Shown: positions 1 through 9,950 of the stretch, piece by piece | Layout of the letters: each line of letters opens with the position of its first letter | Numbering within the stretch: the first letter of the stretch is position 1 | Assembly (NCBI GenBank): GCA_040290005.1 | Contig: PSMF01000002.1 | Coordinates: forward strand, 12,542-76,541 | Length of the DNA: 64,000 bases | Direction of reading: 5' to 3' | From: Meiothermus sp. | GTDB lineage: Bacteria; Deinococcota; Deinococci; Deinococcales; Thermaceae | Notes under the pieces: generated by a model | What the model saw: only the letters and a program-made list of their open reading frames with translations | Told to the model about the DNA's origin: nothing | The model's database searches: none | Translations under genes and position numbers: made by a program

Positions 1-433
1 CGGCATTGTAGAAAAACACCGGCACGGAAAGGCCGATAGGAAGGCCATAAGTCTTGCCTGCTAAACGGCCTGTCTGCAAGTAGCCGGGATAAAAATCGTT
101 GGGGATGGTACCTAAATACTCGTCCAGGGGCAGCGCGATGCCGTCTTGCACCATCCGGCCCAGGAAGGAAATCTCAGCATGGAACACGTTGGGAGCCCCA
201 CCCGAACGCAGCGCCGCCAGCAGCTTGAGCCCGCCCTCGCGAAAATCGCCCACGTATTTATAGTTGATTTTGTAATCCTTCTGTGACGCGTTGAAGTCGT
301 TGAGCATAGACTCTAGCGGCTCCTGACCGGGAGGCCCGGCGGTGTGCCAGAAGGTAATTTCAACGGGTTTTTGAGCCAGAGCCAGGCCAAACAGGGCCGC
401 AGCGGCGAAGAGAACAGCGCGCATAAACTTCAT
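1..433 (-). CDS. ABC transporter substrate-binding protein (carbohydrate type), N-terminal part only; C-terminus lies outside the window
   Basis: Own translation from ATG at 433: MKFMRAVLFAAAALFGLALAQKPVEITFWHTAGPPGQEPLESMLNDF... This is a signal peptide plus a family-1 solute-binding N-terminus. It sits downstream of two permease genes on the same strand. Confidence 0.8.
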   Translation of the reverse strand, partial: MKFMRAVLFAAAALFGLALAQKPVEITFWHTAGPPGQEPLESMLNDFNASQKDYKINYKYVGDFREGGLKLLAALRSGGAPNVFHAEISFLGRMVQDGIALPLDEYLGTIPNDFYPGYLQTGRLAGKTYGLPIGLSVPVFFYNA

Positions 434-729
434 TATCCTCCGTGGGTGTCAGGGCAAACCCTGAGCCATCCCAGTCTGACACACCGACGATGAGAAGATT
501 GCTTGGAGGGGTAAACAAGCAATGAGCAAGTAGCGCTGAGCAATGAGCTAGGACAGACCCCCCGACGTTGACAGCTCTCCCGCAATTTCGTACACAGAGA
601 CCTCTTCACCCTGCCCCCCGCTAGCGGGGGGGGGAGGAGAGGCAATAGGGCCATCACCAAGTTACTGACGGCCACGGCACGCGCGGGGGCCGCTTTTGCC
701 TTAGCTCAACGCTTATTGCTCATCGCTGC

Positions 730-1524
730 CTACCCCTTCAACCCTTCCTCAAACGTCTCCACGATACGCCGCTCGTAGATCAGATAGAGGATAACCAAGG
801 GCAAAGTCGCCGCCAGCGCCGCCGCCGAAAGCGGTCCCCAGTCCGCCGGGTTTTGCCGCTGTAGGTCGGTGATCCAGGTTTGCACGGTTTTGAGGCCGGG
901 TTCCCCCGCCACGATACGTGGATAAAGCACCAAGTTCCAGTGGGCGGCGAAGGCCAAAACCCCCGCCGCGATGAGCTGCGAGCGCAGCAGCGGGAACAAA
1001 ATCCACCCGAGCAGGACACGGTGTCCGGCCCCGTCCAAGCGGGCAGCCTCGAGCAGCTCCTCCGGCACCGTGCGCATCCCCTGGTACAACAAGTAGACGA
1101 TATAAGGACTGGCCGCAAACGGCAGAATCAACGCCCAGACCGTATCCAGTATCCGCAGCCCTTGAAGCAGCCCGTACAGCGGCACCAGCAGCAGCTCCAC
1201 CGGAATCGCCAGCATCACCAGAAAAAAGGGCAGCAGCCTGGCCCCTTCGCGGATCGAATAGGCCGCTAGAAAACCGGTGGTGAGTTGTAAAACGGTGGTA
1301 AACCCCGTAACCAACAGCGAGAACACCAACCGGCCCCAGAACCCTTCCCAGAAGCCGTCCTTTGCCAGCACCGCGAAGTTCGCTAAGCTAAAACCGAAAT
1401 GCCCGAAGATATTGCCGGTGAACACCTGCTCCGGCGGAATAAACGCCGCGTAAGCCATCCACAAGAAGGGAAGGCCGACCAGCAAGGCGACCGTCCAGAC
1501 GAAGGCGTGGCGAATAATATTCAC
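730..1524 (-). CDS. ABC transporter permease (carbohydrate, MalG/UgpE-like)
   Basis: 264-aa hydrophobic ORF with the EAA loop 'EELLEAARLDGAGHRVLLGWILFPLL'. Confidence 0.9.
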   Translation of the reverse strand: MNIIRHAFVWTVALLVGLPFLWMAYAAFIPPEQVFTGNIFGHFGFSLANFAVLAKDGFWEGFWGRLVFSLLVTGFTTVLQLTTGFLAAYSIREGARLLPFFLVMLAIPVELLLVPLYGLLQGLRILDTVWALILPFAASPYIVYLLYQGMRTVPEELLEAARLDGAGHRVLLGWILFPLLRSQLIAAGVLAFAAHWNLVLYPRIVAGEPGLKTVQTWITDLQRQNPADWGPLSAAALAATLPLVILYLIYERRIVETFEEGLKG

Positions 1525-1692
1525 CCGGACCTCCTCGAGCCGCCAAAGCCGACCCCCCTCTGCTGAAAGCCGCCCTGTGATTTTGTAAACACCGAGGTTC
1601 TCGCGGTTCCCCCCTGCGTGCAGGGGGGAACCGTGCGCCGCCTGTCAACACACCAAACTCTGCCGGACGCGCCGACTCCGGGGGGTCGCCTT

Positions 1693-2577
1693 TTAGCCGT
1701 TCGCATCGTTGCTCCTCAGCAGCCTGGCCTGCGCCAAAGCGAACAGCAAAGTGAGAATCAGGATGATCACCGTGAGGGCCGCGGCGTAGCCCAAGCGTCC
1801 GATCTCGAAGCCGGTTTTGTACAGGTAATAACCCAGCACCTCGGTTCCACCAAAGGGACCGCCCCTGGTGAGCAGAAACACCGCCGTGTACGACTGAAGC
1901 GTGAGCACCGTGCCGATCACCACCAGAAAGGTGATGGCCGGGCGCAACAGCGGCAGGGTGATGTGGCGAAAGATTTGTGCAGGGGTGGCCCCGTCCACCG
2001 CCGCGGCCTCGGCGAGCGCCTTGGGAATCGCCTTGAGCCGCGCCGAAACTACCAGCACGCCGTAGCCGATGTGCCGCCACAAGGTAAACAGCATGATCAG
2101 CACCAGCGCCCAGAACGCACTCTGGTCCCAGCGGGGGACCGGAAGTACTGCCGCTAGCGCACCATATTCAGGTGAAAACAGGGTGTACCACGCTACAGCC
2201 GCCCCGCCCAGCGTGACCAGCCCCGGCAGAAACAGCAGGGCTTTGATGCCCCGCTCGTAGCGCTGCCCGTCGAGGGCCAAAGCCAGCAGCACCGAGAGCA
2301 AGATGAAGGGCGGCAAGGTCATCAGGGCGAAGATGAGCGTGGTGCGCAGGCTCCGGCCAAAGTCGGGGTCTTGCAGAATTTGGCTGTAATTCTCTAAGCC
2401 GATGGGCTTGGGGGCCGAGAGCCCCGACCAGTCCCAGGTGGAGAAGCGCAGCACATCGAGAAACGGGTACAGCAAAAATAACCCCAGCAGCAGGCCTGCC
2501 GGGAGGGCAAACCACTGGGCAGATGATCGCGGGCCAAACCAGGCCCGCGTCCTAGAAGGTGGTGCGGCACGCTGCAT
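1693..2577 (-). CDS. ABC transporter permease (carbohydrate, MalF/UgpA-like)
   Basis: 294-aa multi-TM ORF with the EAA loop 'LAEAAAVDGATPAQIFRHITLPLLRP'. Confidence 0.9.
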   Translation of the reverse strand: MQRAAPPSRTRAWFGPRSSAQWFALPAGLLLGLFLLYPFLDVLRFSTWDWSGLSAPKPIGLENYSQILQDPDFGRSLRTTLIFALMTLPPFILLSVLLALALDGQRYERGIKALLFLPGLVTLGGAAVAWYTLFSPEYGALAAVLPVPRWDQSAFWALVLIMLFTLWRHIGYGVLVVSARLKAIPKALAEAAAVDGATPAQIFRHITLPLLRPAITFLVVIGTVLTLQSYTAVFLLTRGGPFGGTEVLGYYLYKTGFEIGRLGYAAALTVIILILTLLFALAQARLLRSNDANG

Positions 2578-2597
2578 AGAGGAGTTCTGGGGTCAAC

Positions 2598-3113
2598 CTA
2601 CCACAAGTACAGCACCGACAGCTTGAGCGGATAGCGGTCGGAGAGGGCCACCTCTAAGGCCACCGGGTCGAGGTAAAGCCGCCCGCCTAGACCGTAAGCC
2701 AGGTTGAATCCGGCTTCGTAACCGAGTCCCAAATAGCCAGAGATAGCCCCGCCGGGAATCTCCACCGTCGCCACTGTGCCAAGATGCGTCCCAAACACGC
2801 TGCTAAGGCTGTTATAACTCGCGTCCAGACCTAACCCCACCGAAAACGGCAGGTCGCCCAGAGTGAGCGCGGGCAATAGGTTGGCCTTGAACAAAGCCCA
2901 CACCTCAGCGCCGTTAAACGCGGTAGGAACGATCACTTCTGCATCCAAGCCGGTGTCTATACCGAGCGGGCTAAAGGGTAAGCTGGTGCTGCCCTGCAGC
3001 ACGATTCCCCTGCCAATACCAAACCCGATTCCGGCAGTGTTTTCGGGGTAGGCCGGAACCTGGGCGAAGGCCAGGCCAGCGAAGAGCGTCAGGAGTGCGA
3101 ACAGTCGTTTCAT
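2598..3113 (-). CDS. small secreted beta-barrel-like (outer-membrane type) protein, unknown function
   Basis: Signal peptide MKRLFALLTLFAGLAFAQ (ATG at 3113 chosen inside the 2598..3140 ORF). Gly/aromatic-rich alternating pattern and a C-terminal 'LSVLYLW'. Confidence 0.5.
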   Translation of the reverse strand: MKRLFALLTLFAGLAFAQVPAYPENTAGIGFGIGRGIVLQGSTSLPFSPLGIDTGLDAEVIVPTAFNGAEVWALFKANLLPALTLGDLPFSVGLGLDASYNSLSSVFGTHLGTVATVEIPGGAISGYLGLGYEAGFNLAYGLGGRLYLDPVALEVALSDRYPLKLSVLYLW

Positions 3114-3250
3114 GCGGGCCTCCAAAACCGGCCCCATCATAGCAAGGGTTTCCTGAGGCTAGAGTGTGAGACGTAACTCGCGCAGGGGCCTGGGCAAAAG
3201 CTCGAGGTACGACGTTCACTTGTCGCACCTCGCTTCTCTTGGGCAAAGCC

Positions 3251-4372
3251 CTACTTTTTAGAGTGATACTTCTTTAGGTAATCCGCCAACTTCAGGGTTT
3301 GGCCCCCGGCCAAAGCAATGGTCAAGTCATCGCCGATGTAGCCGTCCTTATTGGTGTCCTGAGTAGACCCGCTGAACTTCACGGTCTTGCCGTCCACAGT
3401 GAGGGTGCTATCGGTGAAGACGATGTAGGAGGGATTTTGCGAGAACTTGTTGGCCCCCACCATGAAGTTTAGGGTGTGCTTACCCGTACCCGTGTTCAGG
3501 GTACCGCTGAGGGTGGTTGCAGGAATCCCCCCGTACTGGCCGCATTTCGCACGGAGGACAGTGCCGGTGGTCGTCAGGTCCCAAGCGGCGGTGATGGCTT
3601 CGGTAGAAGTACTGGCGGCGATGTCGCCCTTGGTCGTTATGCTGTTGTCGCCGATGGTGGTTTCGAAGCTTTTAACGTTGAGGATGTTGGAACCATCCGC
3701 CCGTTTGAGGCTGAGTACCAGTCGTTGGCTGTCGGGTACGTCTATCACATAGCTGTTGCTGACGCACTTGCTCTTGGGGTAGCTCACCACACGGCTTAGG
3801 TCCATGATCTTGGCGCCGTCGAGTTTCAGGTAGCCGATGAGCTTGGTCGGGGCCTCAACGCCGGAGCTGGGGTCAGCGGCAGGGTGACCGGTCACAGTAG
3901 GCGAAGCCGGGGGTACGCTCGAGCCGTCCCAGTCTAAGTAAATCTCTGCAGTTTTGCCGCTGCTGGTTTTCCAAACCACGTTGTAGTCATCGCTGGCGGT
4001 AGACACACAGGTCCCAGAAGTGCAATCCCATTTACCTCTTGGCAAGGTGCTGTTGGCCTGGGCAGCTACCCCTTGAGCTCCAATCAGCCCTCCGACCTGG
4101 CTGAAAAAGTCGGGCAGGCCCAAGAAATCGGCCAGTTTGAGGGTGAAGGGTGCGTTCAAGGCGGTTAGGTAGCCCGCTATATCAGCGTTCATAGCATCCC
4201 TAACCGTGCTAGCGCTAGCGTCATAACTCTTGGTGGCTGTGCTCAAGTCAGCCTCGGCAGCGGTGGCCCCTCCAGAAGACGGAGGGTTTTGACCCCCGCC
4301 ATTGCTCGGGGCGGCCTTGTTACAAGCCACCAAGGCCAAGGCTAAAAGAGCAAAACGATAAACACGGTCCAT
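3251..4372 (-). CDS. lipoprotein, unknown function
   Basis: 373-aa ORF with an N-terminal lipobox 'LALALVAC' followed by a Gly/Ser/Pro linker. No recognisable catalytic motif. Confidence 0.6.
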   Translation of the reverse strand: MDRVYRFALLALALVACNKAAPSNGGGQNPPSSGGATAAEADLSTATKSYDASASTVRDAMNADIAGYLTALNAPFTLKLADFLGLPDFFSQVGGLIGAQGVAAQANSTLPRGKWDCTSGTCVSTASDDYNVVWKTSSGKTAEIYLDWDGSSVPPASPTVTGHPAADPSSGVEAPTKLIGYLKLDGAKIMDLSRVVSYPKSKCVSNSYVIDVPDSQRLVLSLKRADGSNILNVKSFETTIGDNSITTKGDIAASTSTEAITAAWDLTTTGTVLRAKCGQYGGIPATTLSGTLNTGTGKHTLNFMVGANKFSQNPSYIVFTDSTLTVDGKTVKFSGSTQDTNKDGYIGDDLTIALAGGQTLKLADYLKKYHSKK

Positions 4373-4491
4373 GGCAACACCTCTTGGGCAGACAATACCG
4401 AATTCCTCAACCGCTTAGATAGTGGGAAACCTTAGCGCTACCTTAAGAACTGCTTAGCTAGATTAGGTTGTATGAGGTGGTGTATGTATTA

Positions 4492-4518
4492 GGTAGACCA
4501 CACAAAAAGCTGTGTACC
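4492..4518. promoter_or_regulatory. imperfect inverted repeat in the AT-richer divergent promoter region upstream of aceA
   Basis: 'ggtagaccacacaaaaagctgtgtacc' pairs GGTA..CACA with TGTGTACC. It lies about 100 nt upstream of the aceA ATG in a visibly lower-GC stretch. Confidence 0.3.
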
Positions 4519-4619
4519 TTCTTCTATAAACACCCCGCTCGAGGTGTCCATCTCCACCGCTTACACCCGAACTCTCTATCCACCCTCCACCCATACTGGG
4601 GCCAGCAGGAGGGCAATCC

Positions 4620-5915
4620 ATGTATAAGCTTACCCCGGAGATGAAGCTCGAGGCCGATAAGCTCGCTAAGGAATGGGACTTACACCCGCGCTGGAGAGGC
4701 ATTCAGCGGGATTACACCGCGGAGGACGTGGTGCGCCTGCGACCCTCAGTGCTGCCGGAGCAGACCTTGGCGAAGGTTGGGGCGGAGCGGCTGTGGCATC
4801 TGCTGCACGAGCGGCCTTATATCAACACCTTCGGGGCCTACACCGGAGCACAGGCCGTGCAGATGGTGAAAGCAGGTCTGGAGGCCATCTACCTCTCCGG
4901 CTGGCAGGTCGCGGGCGATGCGAACTTATCGGGTCATACCTATCCCGACCAGTCGCTTTACCCCGCCAACTCGGTGCCCCAGGTGGTCAAGCGCATCAAC
5001 AACGCCTTGCAACGAGCTGACCAGATCGAGCGTTCGGAGGGCAAAAGCGAGCGGTATTGGTACGCGCCCATCGTGGCCGATGCCGAGGCTGGGTTTGGCG
5101 GCCCCCTGAATGCTTTTGAGTTGATGAAAGGCATGATCGAGGCGGGAGCCGCTGGGGTCCACTGGGAAGACCAGCTCAGCAGCGAGAAAAAGTGTGGGCA
5201 TTTGGGCGGCAAAGTGCTGATTCCAACACAGCAGCACATCCGCACCCTCAACGCGGCCCGCCTCGCCGCTGACGTGATGGGCGTGCCGAGCGTGATCATC
5301 AGCCGCACCGATGCCGAGGCCGCCACCCTGCTGACGAGCGACATTGACGAGCGAGATAAACCCTTTGTGAAGCCGGGCGAACGGACTCCAGAAGGCTTTT
5401 ATCGCATCAGGAACGGGATTGAACCGTGCATCGCTCGAGCCCTGGCCTACGCGCCTTACTCGGACCTCCTTTGGATGGAGACCAGCACACCGGATTTAGA
5501 GGTTGCTAGGAAGTTCGCCGAAGCCGTTCACGCCGCGTTCCCCGGCAAGATGCTGGCCTACAACTGCTCGCCCAGCTTCAACTGGCGCAAGAACCTCGAT
5601 GACCTCACGATTGCTCACTTCCAAAAAGAGCTGGGTGCGATGGGCTACAAGTTCCAGTTCATCACCTTGGCCGGCTGGCACAACCTCAACTACCGCACCT
5701 TCGAGCTGGCAAAAGGCTACAAGGAACGCGGGATGAGCGCTTTCGTGGAGTTGCAGAGCCTCGAGTTCGCCGCCGAAAAGGATGGTTTCACTGCGGTGAA
5801 GCACCAGCACGAGGTGGGCGCAGGCTACTTTGACAAGGTGCTGATGGCGATTACGGCAGGCCAAGCCTCAACCGCAGCGTTGGTCGGCTCGACCGAAGAG
5901 GCTCAGTTTCATTGA
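4620..5915 (+). CDS. aceA: isocitrate lyase
   Basis: 431 aa with the ICL signature '[11 protein letters not shown]' and '[10 protein letters not shown]'. Confidence 0.95.
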   Translation: MYKLTPEMKLEADKLAKEWDLHPRWRGIQRDYTAEDVVRLRPSVLPEQTLAKVGAERLWHLLHERPYINTFGAYTGAQAVQMVKAGLEAIYLSGWQVAGDANLSGHTYPDQSLYPANSVPQVVKRINNALQRADQIERSEGKSERYWYAPIVADAEAGFGGPLNAFELMKGMIEAGAAGVHWEDQLSSEKKCGHLGGKVLIPTQQHIRTLNAARLAADVMGVPSVIISRTDAEAATLLTSDIDERDKPFVKPGERTPEGFYRIRNGIEPCIARALAYAPYSDLLWMETSTPDLEVARKFAEAVHAAFPGKMLAYNCSPSFNWRKNLDDLTIAHFQKELGAMGYKFQFITLAGWHNLNYRTFELAKGYKERGMSAFVELQSLEFAAEKDGFTAVKHQHEVGAGYFDKVLMAITAGQASTAALVGSTEEAQFH

Positions 5916-5985
5916 TTACGTCTAGCACTGTGGAATTTTCATGCAGAAAAGCTCATGTCTAACGCAAGCCTGTAAGGGAGGAACC

Positions 5986-6138
5986 GTGAATCCCAACCCT
6001 AAAGACTCTGTGACCACTGAACCCTCGGCCCCATCGGTCTTGACCAAAGAACAAACCCAGCTTATCGGTCATCCGGTGGCCCATAGCCATGCCTGGGACG
6101 AACTTACAGAGTTTTACGACTTACCGTCCGAAGAGTAG
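5986..6138 (+). CDS. small hypothetical protein (50 aa)
   Basis: GTG at 5986 is preceded by a strong SD 'aagggagga'. GC-rich third codon positions. A perfect 11-bp hairpin follows. Confidence 0.35.
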   Translation: MNPNPKDSVTTEPSAPSVLTKEQTQLIGHPVAHSHAWDELTEFYDLPSEE

Positions 6139-6151
6139 TTCACCGCTTTTC

Positions 6152-6185
6152 AAGGTCGGTGGCTGAGGTTATCACCACCGACCTT
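6152..6185 (+). terminator. stem-loop after aceA and the small ORF (no U-tract)
   Basis: 'aaggtcggtgg ctgaggttatca ccaccgacctt' forms an 11-bp perfect stem. Confidence 0.4.
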
Positions 6186-6195
6186 CGCTGTTCGA

Positions 6196-9006
6196 GTGTA
6201 TAGTGTAGTCACTGTGGGCGAAGTTAGTACACACCAGGCGACGCCTAGCGTCGGGCGCTATGCGCCTAACCTGTGGCAAACCCACCTCGAGACCCTCCGC
6301 CCCAAGCTTTCCGGGCGCGACCACCGCGGCAAAAAGGGCAGCTTAAGGTGGCTCGAGGCCGCCGTGGCCGAGCGCGGCGGGCGGGCCGGGACGGTGCGCA
6401 ACATCCTCTACAAAGATTTGGGGAGCCCCGAGGAGAAGCTGCGCCTCTTCGACGTATTGGCTGACCTTTACACCGATGCCGGTCTGGAGGCTCCATCGCT
6501 ACCCTCCGAACTGGCGCTCGAGTCGGCGCGAAGGGCACTGGGACGGGATAAACGACGGCTATTTAGAAGATTCGTGCGGGGGCTCGAGGCCGGGGAAAAG
6601 CCGCAGATGGTGATGGTTGGCGGCGCAGTTACGGGAAAAGGAGTGCTGCTGGCAGCGGTAGAACGAGCCATCCCCGAAAGCCTGACGGTGAATCTGGGCG
6701 GTGAGCTGGCCCAGCATCTTTACCCACTGGCGGAAAAACTCGGCGTGGAGCTGGAAGAGAACCTTGCTCAGCTCTCCCCTACCCAGCCTTACGCCCTGCA
6801 AGCGGCCCTCCAGGACGAGCTTCGCAACGATTTGGCTCGAGCCCTTAACGCTTACGGCAAGCCGCTTCTGCTCCGAGCCGAGAAGGACGGACAAATCGGC
6901 GGCTTGAGTTTGCGCGACCCGCAGGGCAACCCGGTGGGGCTGGCGGCCTGGCTCGAGCCCCTCCTCCGCCGCCTGACCGTTCCTTTCCTGGCTGGTCTTT
7001 CCGAGGCCCCGCCCAACCTCGCTTGGAGCCCGCTTTCGGCCCCCAGCCGGGCCGAGGCACGGCGCTACGTTAAGGACCGCCTGCCCGACCTGGCTCCTGA
7101 GCGGGTGGAAGCCTTGGTTAACCAGGCCGGGCGGAACTTCGCTGAGTTATCTAGATTGGTGCTGCTCGAGGCCGCACAAACTCAGGGCAGTTCGCCAAAT
7201 TTAGCGCAAGATTCCACGCTACGACCCGTATTGCAGGCGCTGAGCGTGCTTTCCCCCGATGCCGACCCCGCCGTGCCGGTCCCATTGCTAGAGAAAGCGC
7301 TTGGCAAAGGTTTGGATAAACTCTCGCAGGCCGAGCGCACCCTTCTGGCCCCGATGGGCGAGAGCAAGGTGCGCCCTGCCCTGCGTTCGCTGCTGCCCGA
7401 AGTGCCTGAGCGGGAGGCCAGGAAACTACACGCTCTGGCCCTGGAATTCTTCAAAGACGATGTGTTCCGCCAGCTTCACCACGCCTTAGGTGCGCGGCGG
7501 CTGGAACGGCTGCTCGAGCTCCTTTCGCAAGACCCCAGCCGCCTTTCGCTGCTGCCCAATCTCTGGCCCAACTCTGCCGGTTGGCCGCGTCCTGAACGAG
7601 AAAAGCTGGCGATGGCGGTGGTGCGCTACCGCGCGGTGCTGGGCCAATATGCCCACCCCGAGGCGCTCGAGGCGCTCGAGTTACTCTCCGGGTCGCCGGA
7701 CGCAGATACTCAGGCTTGGGCGCGGGTCAAGTCGGCGGAGGCCAAAGTGGACGCGGGCGATTTCCACGCCGCGCTGCGGTTGCTCCCGCCTCCTGAAACC
7801 CTTCAGGGCGAGGTGGGGGCCGAAGGACTCCTGGTCTGGGCCGCGGTGGAGCGCTGGCAAGGTGACTATGCTCAGGCCGAAGAATACGTCCAGCAAGCCC
7901 TGGCCCTACCAACCCCGCCCTTCCTGGCCGACCGGGTGCGGCTATGGCAGGGTCTGGTGGCAAAGGATGCCGGGCGCTTCCCCGAAGCCCTGGACGCGCT
8001 CAAAGAGGTCGCCCACGACCCGCTTCTGGTGGGCCGTGCCCGTTATCAGTCGGGTGATTTGCTGCTGCGTTTAGGACGGGTCTACGAGGCCGAGGAGCAG
8101 ATGGGGCTGGGCTTGGAAGCCCTCGAGGCCGCCGGAGCTCCCACCGAGGAAGTGGCACGGGTGCGAGCCCGGTTTGGCACGGTGCTGCGGCGCTTGGCGA
8201 AGTTCGCGGCCTCTGAGAAACACCTCTACCGCGCGGTGCACGAGACCCCAGACCCATTTATCAGAGCAAGGGCGCAGAGTGAGGCGAGCATCTTAGAAGC
8301 TGCGCGGGGACGGCCTATCGAAGCCCTAGCCCAAGCTGCCGAGGCCGAGGCGTATTTCCGCGAGGTGAAAGAACGCCCTGAGGAAGCCCATTACCGCCAC
8401 CGCCGCACCCTGTTCCGCATGGCCGTGGCCTACTGGGTGAGGGACACCGGCCTGCCCTATCTGGCTCCCTTTCCCGGCGGGCAAAACTCCGTACAGGCCG
8501 GGCGAATTTTGGGGGCCTTGCAAGCCGAACTTCGCGCTCACAAGCTCCCCGGAGACCGCTACGCGGCACTCGAGCTGGACGTGGCGCTCCTCCTCTCGCT
8601 GCTGATCCCCGCTAGGGACGCGGAAAAACTTCTCAAGCCGCAGCTCAAGCAGAACGACCCGTATTTTCAGGCCCAGGCTCGGCTCGGCTATGCGGAGGCT
8701 TTAGCGCGGCAGGGCAAGTGGGGCGAAGCCCTGGCCCAGACGGTACAAATCGGCGACCTGCCCGACCCCGGTGTGGTGAGCGGAAAGCTGGGTTTAGAGG
8801 TTCAAGCCCTGCTCGGCTTAGGCCAAGAAGAGGCGGCCTGGGCCAAGCTCGCCGCCCCCAGCACCTTACCCGAGCCCTACCGCGCTCAACTGGGCCGGGT
8901 GCTGGGCAAGTTGTGGTCAGAAGAAGACCTAACGAAACGCTTGGGGAACAGCTCTCCTTTAGCCTCGGAGGATACTTTGGCGCTATGGCTCAGCGCATCA
9001 GGCTGA
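6196..9006 (+). CDS. large TPR-repeat protein with a degenerate P-loop (STAND/AAA-like?) N-terminal region
   Basis: 936-aa ORF. 'MVMVGGAVTGKGVLLAAV' resembles Walker A but lacks the Ser/Thr. The C-terminal ~500 aa are Ala/Leu-rich TPR-like helical repeats. The GTG start is uncertain. Confidence 0.7.
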   Translation: MYSVVTVGEVSTHQATPSVGRYAPNLWQTHLETLRPKLSGRDHRGKKGSLRWLEAAVAERGGRAGTVRNILYKDLGSPEEKLRLFDVLADLYTDAGLEAPSLPSELALESARRALGRDKRRLFRRFVRGLEAGEKPQMVMVGGAVTGKGVLLAAVERAIPESLTVNLGGELAQHLYPLAEKLGVELEENLAQLSPTQPYALQAALQDELRNDLARALNAYGKPLLLRAEKDGQIGGLSLRDPQGNPVGLAAWLEPLLRRLTVPFLAGLSEAPPNLAWSPLSAPSRAEARRYVKDRLPDLAPERVEALVNQAGRNFAELSRLVLLEAAQTQGSSPNLAQDSTLRPVLQALSVLSPDADPAVPVPLLEKALGKGLDKLSQAERTLLAPMGESKVRPALRSLLPEVPEREARKLHALALEFFKDDVFRQLHHALGARRLERLLELLSQDPSRLSLLPNLWPNSAGWPRPEREKLAMAVVRYRAVLGQYAHPEALEALELLSGSPDADTQAWARVKSAEAKVDAGDFHAALRLLPPPETLQGEVGAEGLLVWAAVERWQGDYAQAEEYVQQALALPTPPFLADRVRLWQGLVAKDAGRFPEALDALKEVAHDPLLVGRARYQSGDLLLRLGRVYEAEEQMGLGLEALEAAGAPTEEVARVRARFGTVLRRLAKFAASEKHLYRAVHETPDPFIRARAQSEASILEAARGRPIEALAQAAEAEAYFREVKERPEEAHYRHRRTLFRMAVAYWVRDTGLPYLAPFPGGQNSVQAGRILGALQAELRAHKLPGDRYAALELDVALLLSLLIPARDAEKLLKPQLKQNDPYFQAQARLGYAEALARQGKWGEALAQTVQIGDLPDPGVVSGKLGLEVQALLGLGQEEAAWAKLAAPSTLPEPYRAQLGRVLGKLWSEEDLTKRLGNSSPLASEDTLALWLSASG

Positions 9007-9031
9007 ATACTCTACTCGCCAACGTCCTCTA

Positions 9032-9187
9032 AAAATCGTTGTCATGCCCCGCGATGGCAAAACATCCCCCACGCGCGTCAACACTCGAGTACTCGGGCAG
9101 AAAAAGACGTACTTGAATACCCGAGCAGTTCGGTACGGACGCGCGTGGGGGATTCTTCGGCTTACACCTCACAATGACAACGGTTTT
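9032..9187. repeat. ~155-bp imperfect palindrome
   Basis: Outer arms 'aaaatcgttgtcat...cccccacgcgcgtc' and 'gacgcgcgtggggg...atgacaacggtttt'. Inner arms 'gagtactcgggc' and 'acccgagcagttc'. Confidence 0.7.
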
Positions 9188-9220
9188 GAATTTGTGGCTT
9201 TGGGCAGTTTGGAAACTTGG

Positions 9221-9937
9221 TCATCGCCCCAGCTCGGCTAAAAACCCCAGCAGCGCGGTGTTGAAGGCTTTGGGGTTCTCGAGGTTGCTCATATGCCCCG
9301 CTTCAGGAATCACCAGCATTCGGCTGTCCTGGATTCCGTGGGCCATCTGTCGCGCGTCGGCGAGCGGGGTGATGGTGTCTTCCTCGCCGACCAGAACGAG
9401 CGCAGGGACGCTGATTTCCCTCAACATCGGCATCGAATCAGGGCGTGTGCTGAGGGCCTCGAGGCTTCGTGCGGTCTTTTCCGGGTCGGCGGCGAGTTGA
9501 AAGCGTCGCACCTGCTCGACCACTTTAGAACGGCTCTCCCGCGTAGTTTTCCCTAGGTGACTCGGTATCAATACATCGGGATAAAACCCCATTCCTTCGC
9601 CCCGGATTCGCGCGGCCTGTTCGGCTCTGGTGGCCTTGCCCTCGGGTGAATCTGGCGTGGCCCGTGTGTCGGCTAGCGCCATCCCGGCAAAGCGCTCAGA
9701 AGCCAGGTTCCACAGCCGAAAAATGGTGTATCCCCCCATCGAGAGCCCGACGAACACGGCTTTATCCCAGCCTTGGTCGTCCATCTGCAAAAGGACTTCG
9801 GCGGCGGCAGCCTCGAGGCTCGGATATCCCAAAATATCCGGCACCAGCACAGGATGGCGGCTTACCAACTCGACCTGCTCAGCCCACATCGCCGGGCTGT
9901 AGGGGAAGGCGTGGAGAAATACGATTGGCAGGGGCAT
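9221..9937 (-). CDS. alpha/beta hydrolase
   Basis: 238 aa with the nucleophile elbow 'GLSMGG' and a C-terminal 'GHMSNLE' His motif. Confidence 0.85.
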   Translation of the reverse strand: MPLPIVFLHAFPYSPAMWAEQVELVSRHPVLVPDILGYPSLEAAAAEVLLQMDDQGWDKAVFVGLSMGGYTIFRLWNLASERFAGMALADTRATPDSPEGKATRAEQAARIRGEGMGFYPDVLIPSHLGKTTRESRSKVVEQVRRFQLAADPEKTARSLEALSTRPDSMPMLREISVPALVLVGEEDTITPLADARQMAHGIQDSRMLVIPEAGHMSNLENPKAFNTALLGFLAELGR

Positions 9938-9950
9938 AGCACAAGGTTAG

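Noticed and set aside
433-675. 80-aa minus-strand ORF
   Set aside because: It spans the heptad/G-tract repeat element between the permease and binding-protein genes, so its sequence is repeat-derived.
1388-2157. 230-aa (-) and 179-aa (+) ORFs over the permease genes
   Set aside because: They overlap the real permease frames and have a low-complexity Arg/Gly-rich composition.
9044-9241. 65-aa plus-strand ORF
   Set aside because: It lies within the 155-bp palindrome, with no RBS and no coding signature.
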